Shown: positions 9,071 to 17,552 of the stretch, piece after piece
Layout of the letters: every line of letters begins with the position of its first letter
Position numbering within the stretch: the stretch's first letter is position 1
From: Neoconidiobolus thromboides FSU 785
Taxonomy: Eukaryota > Fungi > Entomophthoromycota
Assembly (NCBI GenBank): GCA_025603075.1
Contig: MU626465.1
Location: 1 to 33,814, forward strand
DNA length: 33,814 nucleotides
Reading direction: 5' to 3'
Translations under genes and position numbers: made by a program
The notes under the pieces: generated by a model
Database searches by the model: none
What the model was told of the DNA's origin: nothing
Seen by the model: the letters and a program-made list of their open reading frames with translations, nothing else

Positions 9071-10177
9071 ATGAAATTATTTTCAGCTGACCTTTTATCA
9101 CTATTACTTGTTAATCTAGGATTAATTAATTATGTAATATGTGTTGAACCTGGACTCTTAGATGGCTTACTTAAAAAGAGACCAGTTTACTACAATAAAG
9201 ATTTACCAACTGTGAATGCTAAGTCTTTTATAAATGATCCATTTAGGCTTCTTAAGGATGTGCATAATAATACAATGACACTTATAAAAAACCCATTTGC
9301 CTTTCAACAGATCTTACAAGATGACATTAAAAAGTTAGCAGATGGATTTAAGGATTTGTTACCTCAAAGTATATTATTGCCAACAAATACTAACTTAAAA
9401 AAAGTAACTGAAGAGGAGGCCAAAAACATTGCTTATTATGCTGGAACTTCTTTCTGTGATGAAAAAAAATTACAAACTTGGAGTTGTACTCATTGCGAAA
9501 GTTTACCAGACTCGAAGTTATTCAAAATTTATTTTGATAAAGATACGGAAGGTAGAGGAGTGCTTGTAACAAATCAGAAGAAGAAGTTGATAGTGTTAGC
9601 CTTTCGTGGATCCTCGACGGTCAACAATTGGTTGCAAGATGCTCGCTTTCGCCTTGTCCCATTGTATGGTAATGATCGTAAGATCAAAGTTCATTCTGGG
9701 TTTAAATTAACGGCAGATAATTTATTTGGTCTATATAAAGACGATTTGAAATTAATATTATCTACCTACCCAGACTATCAATTAATTACAACTGGTCATT
9801 CTTTGGGAGGTGCAGTATCTACCTTATCAATGGTAAGGATTAAAGATGAGTTTAATATTCCTGATAGCCAATTAATTAACGTAAGCTATGGCTCTCCAAG
9901 GATTGGAAATTATAATTTTGCATTAAAAATTAGTTCAATGGGGCATAGTTCTTTAAGAGTTACTAGTAAAAGTGATGCTATACCTCACCTACCCCCAAGG
10001 ATGTTGGGTTATGTCCACCATTTAACAGAGTTGTGGGTTAACGATCCAAAAGGTAAAAATAAAGTTTGTGACAGTAAAATATTTGAAGATGTAAGTTGCT
10101 CTTTGTCTATTGAACCTAGAGTCAAACCTTTAGATCATCTTACTTATTGGGATATTCCAATCTGCGGAGAATGTTAG
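9071..10177 (+). CDS. Secreted class 3 lipase (lipase 4), intronless
   Basis: Signal peptide, AFRGS, VHSGF, GHSLGG, SYGSPRIGN, SDAIP, DH. Confidence 0.95.
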   Translation: MKLFSADLLSLLLVNLGLINYVICVEPGLLDGLLKKRPVYYNKDLPTVNAKSFINDPFRLLKDVHNNTMTLIKNPFAFQQILQDDIKKLADGFKDLLPQSILLPTNTNLKKVTEEEAKNIAYYAGTSFCDEKKLQTWSCTHCESLPDSKLFKIYFDKDTEGRGVLVTNQKKKLIVLAFRGSSTVNNWLQDARFRLVPLYGNDRKIKVHSGFKLTADNLFGLYKDDLKLILSTYPDYQLITTGHSLGGAVSTLSMVRIKDEFNIPDSQLINVSYGSPRIGNYNFALKISSMGHSSLRVTSKSDAIPHLPPRMLGYVHHLTELWVNDPKGKNKVCDSKIFEDVSCSLSIEPRVKPLDHLTYWDIPICGEC

Positions 10178-10325
10178 AAAATTTACTATTTGAATAAAAT
10201 TCGCCATATAAAATAGAAGTCATTCAAGTTTTTCTTACAGCTCATACTAAATTAAATTGTTTTTCACTACTCTATTTGCTTATTGATGTTGCTCTAAAAA
10301 TAAAGTATAAAAAAACAAAAACAAT

Positions 10326-10426
10326 ATATAGGTATATCTTTTTTGATATAACCACTTTTTCCACTTTTTAAGTACTGTTGAAAGAAAAAAACTTGCAAAT
10401 CTCTTATAAAAAAGACATCCTCATAT
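10326..10426 (-). mobile_element. Degenerate MITE copy, reverse orientation, ATAT flanks
   Basis: ATAT-AGGTATA...CCACTTTTTCCACTTTTTAAGTACTGTTGAAAG...CATCCTC-ATAT. Confidence 0.75.
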
Positions 10427-10660
10427 CGTTATTCGGCTTGCTGATACTCATATCAATTCGGATTAAGCTTTAAATACATTTATATCTGTCTCAAGGAACG
10501 TATACATAATGCATATTATATTACTTTCATTTAAAAATTCATAATTTTTATTTATAAAATGCTACTACTTACTATTTTACTTTTATATCATATGATGTTT
10601 TCTGTTTTAACTAATTTATAATAATATTCTGATTATACTTTTCAATATTTAAATAGTGAT

Positions 10661-10764
10661 TATAGGGGATGTATTTTTAGGTTTAACAATTTATTAACAA
10701 TTTTTCCGCTTAAATAACACTTAAAAAATGGAAAAAGTCAGAAAACTAAAAAAAACACTCATAT
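10661..10764 (+). mobile_element. MITE family copy
   Basis: GGGGATGTATTTTT...TTTTCCGCTTAAATAACACTTAAAAAATGGAAAAAGT...CACTC-ATAT; ends about 60 bp from the stop codon of the RlpA-like gene. Confidence 0.88.
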
Positions 10765-10823
10765 ATAATAATAAAATTGAATTGAAAAATCAAGTAACAA
10801 CTTTAATATAAAACCCCAGCATA

Positions 10824-11186
10824 TCACTTACAATAAGAGGTATCAACATACTCCCAAGCAGCGTTAAAAGTGCCTGAATCTGTGCCAAATAACTGAATGA
10901 AAGCATAATTACAAAGATCTAAATTATTACCACCAGAATCTACTACGGTGACGTAAACAGACTGGTTAGTCAACTGGTTGCTCACTTTTAAGCAAGAGAA
11001 ACAGTCTTTTTTATCTAAATTTTGGACCGCAGTAATATAGTTTAAGTTTACTCCCTTTGGTATCGCTCCACAAAATGGCGGATATTTGTTTATTTCAGAT
11101 AGTTCGTTACTGTACAAGTGAGTACTTATTAATTTGCTGGATAAAACTGAAGACAGTAAGCAGAAAAAAGTTAAAAGAGCTTTCAT
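10824..11186 (-). CDS. Small secreted RlpA-like double-psi beta-barrel protein (expansin/loosenin/barwin-like)
   Basis: Signal peptide and Cys pattern with CG...C..CLKV.N...V.VTVVDSGG..LDL...AF..L, ending W..V...C, typical of DPBB_RlpA/EXLX N-terminal-like domains. Confidence 0.8.
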   Translation of the reverse strand: MKALLTFFCLLSSVLSSKLISTHLYSNELSEINKYPPFCGAIPKGVNLNYITAVQNLDKKDCFSCLKVSNQLTNQSVYVTVVDSGGNNLDLCNYAFIQLFGTDSGTFNAAWEYVDTSYCK

Positions 11187-11933
11187 TTGAGTGTATATTA
11201 GCTATTATGTATATTAAGTATAATAAATTTAGTTATTTTGATTCATTTTTCCTTTAACATCATATTCAATTTATACTTTGATTTTTTTAAATAAATAAGC
11301 ATTAAATTTAGTATCTTCAAATGATCTAATCTTTTCATTTATTCAACACACTACCTATATTTAGACTATGCCTTTGAAAATAATAAGCATTGTTCAGTTA
11401 ACTAAGCTAACGAATTTAGATTTTTATATTATCAGTTCAATATGGAATACGATATAGCGCTGATATTATATAATATCATACTAAGTTGTATCACTACATT
11501 AAATTGTAATAATACATTTTAGTGCAATAAACCGTGTTATTATATTTAAATCTCAAAAAATAAGATACTATTTTAAAGGGGGATTAAATCAAACTATTTT
11601 CTATCTGTTCATACTAAACTAAATAATAGATGTTGATGAAAAAGTATTATAACATTAAGGGGGACAACATAAAACAACACTACCTAAGTAAGTTTGGTAT
11701 ATCTTTTATATATGCACAATGTTTCTTTGTTTTATCATGAGTTATAATTAATTTGTCTTACAATTTTATTTGAGAACGTTAGCAAATAGTAATACTAATG
11801 TAATAATATTAAATGAATGTTACATTATTAAGGGGATAATAAAATAAAAAAGAATACTACTTAATCTTGTAAGCTTGAATCTTCTTTGTGCATAATGCTT
11901 TTTGTTTATCTTTTTGTTATTTGTAAAAATATC

Positions 11934-11973
11934 AGTAATTAGTAATTAGTAATTAGTAATTAGTAATAGTAAT
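11934..11973. repeat. Microsatellite (AGTAATT)4(AGTAAT)2
   Basis: Directly visible tandem repeat. Confidence 0.9.
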
Positions 11974-12130
11974 GCAAATAATTGTGATGGTTTATTTTAT
12001 TAAATGTAATAAATTAGTTTAAACTAAATTTAGAACTTAGTTTAAAAAACAGATTAATACTTAATTGGGCTATATTTAGCGTCATTATACCATATTCCCT
12101 ATTGTATTTATAGTGAAGCATTAAGTAAAT

Positions 12131-13276
12131 TTAACAAGTCCCACTTATATGAATATCCCAATATACGAAATGATCTTGAACTGAAAGTTCAGGTTCCATT
12201 GATAATGAGCAATTTGGATCTTCATAGACTGATTGATCACAAAATTTATTTAACTTTGGTGGTGTTTCTACCCAAAATTCACGTTGATGGTGAGCATAAC
12301 CTAATAATCTTGGTGGTATATGTGGTACAATATCTCTTTTATTCGTTACTCTTAATACTCGATGTTTCATTGAATTATATTTCAACGCAAAATGGTGATT
12401 TCCAACCCTTGGTGAACCATAGCTTATGTTAATTAATCGATCATCTTTGATATTTAGCTTTTCTTTAATTTTTATTGTTGCTAAAGAAGAGACTGCCCCG
12501 CCTAAAGAATGACCAGTTATAATTAAATTAAAATCAGAATATTGTTTCAATAACTCTTTTAAATCATTGGAATATAATTTAAATAATTTTTCATTCATAG
12601 CTTTAAACCCGGAATGCACCTTGATTTTAAAATTACCGAAATATAGATTTGTTAATAAAACCTGTGCATTTGAAAACCAGTTATAAATATTGGAGGTACC
12701 ACGAAATGATAACACGATATTTTTACCTCTCTCATCAATGATAAGTACCGCTTTACCCTGGGTTACTTCGTCAAGGTAAATCCCAAACGCTCTAGCTTCC
12801 GGAAATTGTTGACAACGGGTACAATTCCAACTTACAATATTGCTATTATTACAATATGATGTACCAGCAAGATATGCCATTCTTTTAGCATATGGTTCAT
12901 CTACACTAATTAAATTGATACTCGTAGGTAACGGTATACTTTTAGGTTGTAATTCTTGGAATATCTCAGCAACTTTATTCAGATCCCCTCTTAAGGATTT
13001 TTGAAATCTTTCTGAGTTATCTTTAAAAGCTAATGGATTTATTGCAGTTTCTAGGGTGGTATTGACCGTGCTTTCAGCTATTCCTAAAGTCCCTCCCGTC
13101 ACTTTCACTGCTAATCCTAGCGATTTTTTTGTTATATCATTAGCTAAATGAAGAGTTTGGCTCACTGGGCCATTTTCAATTACCACTTTTACACCTGTTA
13201 TGTTATTTATTAATATTGAATTGAATATCAATAAATAACAATATAAAAAGCTTGATAACGATGACAATAGTTTCAT
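12131..13276 (-). CDS. Secreted class 3 lipase (lipase 5), intronless, inverted relative to lipases 1-4
   Basis: Signal peptide, SFRGT, VHSGF, GHSLGG, SYGSPRVGN, RDIVP, DH; propeptide resembles that of lipases 3 and 4. Confidence 0.95.
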   Translation of the reverse strand: MKLLSSLSSFLYCYLLIFNSILINNITGVKVVIENGPVSQTLHLANDITKKSLGLAVKVTGGTLGIAESTVNTTLETAINPLAFKDNSERFQKSLRGDLNKVAEIFQELQPKSIPLPTSINLISVDEPYAKRMAYLAGTSYCNNSNIVSWNCTRCQQFPEARAFGIYLDEVTQGKAVLIIDERGKNIVLSFRGTSNIYNWFSNAQVLLTNLYFGNFKIKVHSGFKAMNEKLFKLYSNDLKELLKQYSDFNLIITGHSLGGAVSSLATIKIKEKLNIKDDRLINISYGSPRVGNHHFALKYNSMKHRVLRVTNKRDIVPHIPPRLLGYAHHQREFWVETPPKLNKFCDQSVYEDPNCSLSMEPELSVQDHFVYWDIHISGTC

Positions 13277-13765
13277 TTAATGACAATGAAAGTATATGTA
13301 GAAAATTGGAGTAAAAATTTTGGTCGGATATATTTAAAGTAATTAAGAAGCCAGTCTTTTATTACTTTTAAATTTACTGAGTTTATTTTATCAAATTCTC
13401 TATCTAACTTTATTGATTTGGGTTTTTATATCGTTAGATTTATCACATTGAATTAGCTAAATAGAGTTAATTTTAATAGCTTCATCTTAAAGAGAATAAT
13501 GGCACAGTACTTTATTTGGTGATTTGCAATGGCTCTGAATTTAAAATAATAGTTGTACAACTTTTAGTATTGTGATTTAAAAAGTTTGGGACTTTTCACT
13601 TAGCTTCAAATGCTATTAACAATAAAGTAAAATTCTTTCAATACCTTGTTCTACAAGGTTTGAAAAAAATTATAAAATCCTTTTTCAATAATTAGCACAT
13701 CTTTTTTGTTAAACCTTGCAAATAATTTGCATTAAAAAAAATTGTATCGTTTGATAAAATGTAAA

Positions 13766-13967
13766 ATATGGGGATATATTTTTATATTCAAGAATTTTAC
13801 TAACAGTTTTTCCATTCAAATAGCACTCAAAAGATGGAAAAAGTAATGGAGCCAAAAAAAAACATCATATGGGAATGTGTCTTGTTTAAGAATTTTACTA
13901 ATAATCTTTCCGCTAAAATAGCGCTTTAAAATGGAAAAACTCATGGAACCAAAAAAAAAACCCATAT
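13766..13967 (+). mobile_element. Tandem dimer of two MITE copies sharing a central ATAT
   Basis: ATAT(13766)-GGGGATA...CATC-ATAT(13867-13870)-GGGAATG...CCC-ATAT(13964-13967). Confidence 0.9.
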
Positions 13968-14159
13968 ATTGTTAAAAATATATGACAGCTTACAATTAAA
14001 TGTCTTTTATTGTTTTTAATTTAGAGTCGATTTTTTTGATATGGGTATAAGAATTATAGTCTTTATATTTAAATTCATAGCAAAATAATTTGGCTACAAA
14101 TTAAAAACAAAGAACATCCAGCTACAAGTTACTCTAATGGGGTTTTCAATAACTTAAAT

Positions 14160-15400
14160 GTTCAAATGTTAAATTTCTTTTTTTTGTATTACAAAGAGTA
14201 GATACATACCTCTTTGTCTTTGTTTAGCCTAATCTTATTTTCTGACTGATTTTGTTAATATTTCTTTCAATTTTATTTTGTTGTTGAGCCTTGATAAAAT
14301 CATGAGTACATGAGTATATTCCCTTGTTTCATCAACTTTTCCATTTTTAAACGCTACCTGAGTGGAAAAATTGTAGTAAAATCCTTGAACGAAAGAACAT
14401 TCTCATATAGCCTCCTTCTGATAAGAACGACCATTACCAGTTCTAATGACTGCATTATACTATTTATTAGTAGCGTTTTTGGCATTAAAACTATTGGGCT
14501 TTTGATCACAGGCATAAATAAATGGTAGCATAAATAATTGTCCATGAGAATCGAAATCATTTTACTAACGATGTTTCTTTTTGAAGAGATAAAATAAGCA
14601 ATCACTCTAGATTCTGTGGCTAAAAAAGCCTTGATTCTGAGTAGGCTTCATCACGTCGATCATTGCCTCCTTCCTATTGGTATTCTCAATTTCGATTAAT
14701 ATATGTACCTTTACATTCGCTTTTACTATTTGATTGACAATTTTTATGCCATAAATGGTCACTACTTATCACAAATCCACAACTAACTGCATTTACTACT
14801 GAAATGAAAATTTACTCAAAATAATCTAAAAGTTTGGAAATACCATAGTTGGAAGCATGTTTAGGAAAACTATCTATTGAAGTAATAGTAGTGACTAATT
14901 GTATCCATTCACATAGTAGATACCGCCATGACAAACAGTACCCTTTAATGATGAAGTACTGGTTAATGGAAAGTAATAGCTTTTATTGAATAAAATTTAT
15001 ATATGCCAGCAATTAAAGATACAATAGCGGCATCACAGGAACTAGCAGCGATAGGATATAGCTATCTATTTATTCCATTTATCAAATGATGGTTATTCTG
15101 GATATTAAAGACACGAGTGATAATATCTTCCCTATTAAAAAGACCTTGGTTTTTTTAATGCTTTCTATTTTAATAAAAGCAGTTGTTTCATTTTCTAGTT
15201 TTTCAATAGTTAAAAGAATGTCTATTTTATTCACTCTTATTATGTTCTGGCTATCTAATTTATAAATTTTTACACAATTTTTGATTTTGCTAACATTGTC
15301 CCCATTGACCATATTAAGATGGTTAAGCTTATAGTCAACTATTCTAGCTTTCCAAAAATGGTTAGGGTTAAAAACAAGTAAAGTATGTAGGGATAGATTG
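14160..15400 (-). pseudogene. Degraded Mutator/MULE-type transposase relic, interrupted by a MITE
   Basis: Frameshifted pieces in MULE order: A..CGFVI...SKSECK..(W) (FAR1/WRKY-like zinc finger); DSHGQLFMLPFIYACDQKPNSF (same spacing as DxxGQ...DExxESF); VIRTG...QKEAI; and, past the MITE, DFIKAQ...IERNINK. Confidence 0.5.
14308..14408 (-). mobile_element. MITE copy inserted in the transposase relic
   Basis: ACAT-GAGTATA...TTTTCCATTTTTAAACGCTACCTGAGTGGAAAAATTGTAGTAAAATCC...CATTCTC-ATAT. Confidence 0.85.
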
Positions 15401-15779
15401 ATTTTTGTATTATTTAATATAATTTGAATGTCGTTAATTTACTATTTATGCTGTTAAAGTTAGTTTGAGATGTACCAGAATGTTTTTATGAAATCAAGTG
15501 GTATATCAGAATAGTCTACTATTACTGTCAAGTTACAATGTGCTGCAAACGATAAATCTAAGTTATTTTTTGGTATTATCTAAAGATATATAAGCCCATA
15601 TCGAATAAAAAAAAGTCTAACAGTTAAAATGAGTTACATCATATTACTACTATAAAATTGGTAGTTTATTACATACCTTTTAAAACTAACCATTGATATC
15701 TTAATATAAAAATAACAAAACAACATATAAATAAAGTCAGAAACCTTGATACATAACTTTATTTACACTTAGTCATCGA

Positions 15780-16397
15780 TTAATTAGCAATTTGTCTTGT
15801 TCTACTCAAAGTATCATTTAATATAATACCCAATGTAAATAAAAAGATATCTAAATCTTGGTCATCAAGATTAATAAACTGTTTTAAAGTATTTGAATGT
15901 AAAAGAGAGTATTTATATGTCAATATAATACCAGAATCTGGACCAGATAACTTCCATTTACCGCCAAACTTACTTTCTCCCCATTTATATTCTGCTATTC
16001 GACTGTCGTGATCGATTAAATGAAGGTGATACTCAGGTTTTTCCTTAATAATCACGGAATATAATTTGACGCTTTTGTATTTTATCTTATTAGTAATATT
16101 AACAACTTCCCAAAAGGTATACATACACATAAAGTTACATTCTTTCAGATTCAATACTACATTCCCATTTTTATTTGTAAATTCTGCTGATTTCGTTTTT
16201 AAAGTACACTTATATTCGGTTCTGTTATCACCTTTAATAATTACGCTTCTCTCTATTGTCCCTGAATTTTTAACAACAAAATTCATAATCTCTTTTTGAT
16301 TCTCATCATTAGATAAGATGCCATTCGAATTTCTTTCTTCCATGTTGACCTCATCATAGCTAGGTGGTAATGGTGATTTTTTTTCTTTACCAAACAT
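15780..16397 (-). CDS. Hypothetical 205-aa protein with N-terminal PPSY (PY) motif and beta-rich body (tubby-C/LURP-one-like fold suspected)
   Basis: Clean intronless ORF from ATG; LPPSYDE motif; ...EYKW...GGKWKL...I.TY... followed by a C-terminal hydrophobic helix. Confidence 0.75.
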   Translation of the reverse strand: MFGKEKKSPLPPSYDEVNMEERNSNGILSNDENQKEIMNFVVKNSGTIERSVIIKGDNRTEYKCTLKTKSAEFTNKNGNVVLNLKECNFMCMYTFWEVVNITNKIKYKSVKLYSVIIKEKPEYHLHLIDHDSRIAEYKWGESKFGGKWKLSGPDSGIILTYKYSLLHSNTLKQFINLDDQDLDIFLFTLGIILNDTLSRTRQIAN

Positions 16398-16705
16398 TAT
16401 AAACTAATATTTTTATAAATTTAAAAGTTCTTTGAATTTTACTTTATACTTTTTTACCATTTCTAATTAGAAAACATTAATTCTTTTTTTTAAATCCATT
16501 ATTATATCATGAGAAATGCTAATGTTTGACCTGCTTAATATGCCGCTATATGCATATTGTTCTTGTATAAAAATTGTTTAATTGTTACTTGAAATAAAAA
16601 TTTGATTATGAAATTGAAATAATAAATAGTTATCTCATTATTAGAAATCAATTTATTATTATATTGCATTTTTATTCTCACTTTTGAACCCTTATATTGA
16701 ACAAA

Positions 16706-16809
16706 ATACAGAAGTGTTTTTTTAATTTCATCACTTTTTTCTTTTTTTAAGCGCTATTTGAGCAGAAAGATTGTTAGTAAAGTTCTTAAACAAAAACACA
16801 TTCTCAAAT
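16706..16809 (-). mobile_element. MITE family copy, reverse orientation
   Basis: TTTCATCACTTTTTTCTTTTTTTAAGCGCTATTTGAGCAGAAAGATTGTTAGTAAAGTTCTTAAACAAAAACACATTCTC. Confidence 0.85.
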
Positions 16810-17552
16810 GTGTCAATCAAACTTTCAACTTTATTTATCTTGTTTTCATAACTTTTAAAAAATCAATATTTTTATTTTATACTTATTTATAAATAAGTAT
16901 TGTCATAGTTATCATATTTAAACTATCAACTTATTACATTTATTTCTTATAATACTAATTGTTTTTAACATAATATTATGTACTTATGCTATCATTATCA
17001 CTTATTAAAAATAAATATTGTCTCATTGTCTATACTTCTATGGTTTGATTTACTTAAATCTCATTTTACTCTTCTACTTTATTAAAATTACTCAATTAAA
17101 CAATGATAAGACAATCATTAAGACAATATATATTTTATTGTAACTTCGATACTACCTTATTTAATTTTTCAGTATTATATCATCCAGCTTTTTGTTGCTT
17201 GTTAGAATATAAATCTATAGTAACTCCGAGAAAAAAATTGTAAAAAAATAACTTCAATTTTCTATAATGGATTTAACTATTTCTTTTTTCGCTATATTAC
17301 AAACTAATAAAGTATTTTTTTATTCAACGTCATTAAATTTGTATAAACTATTTGTTTTTTGTCATGAAATTTAGAACTAATTTTCGCTTTTTTAATTAGC
17401 TTAAAAATTGAACAAAAATTACTAGAATTTAAAATCCTCCCTATTTTTTCAAAATACAAAATAAAGAATAATCCTATTATGTAAAAATATCTTGATATTT
17501 AAAAACATGAGTCATTTTTCATTCCTCTTAGAATTAGACATAGAAATAAATC

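Noticed and set aside
14310-14605. ORFs 14310-14528 (+) and 14354-14605 (-)
   Set aside because: They run through a MITE copy and off-frame parts of the transposase relic; no coherent protein.
14400-15120. Helitron RepHel reading of the relic (REDIITRVF, ASSCDAA, SHGQL)
   Set aside because: These motifs are hundreds of residues apart in real RepHel proteins. The MULE reading explains exact local spacing better. Not fully excluded without an HMM search.
15361-15370. GTTAGGGTTA telomere-like motif
   Set aside because: Only one full TTAGGG unit; expected by chance.
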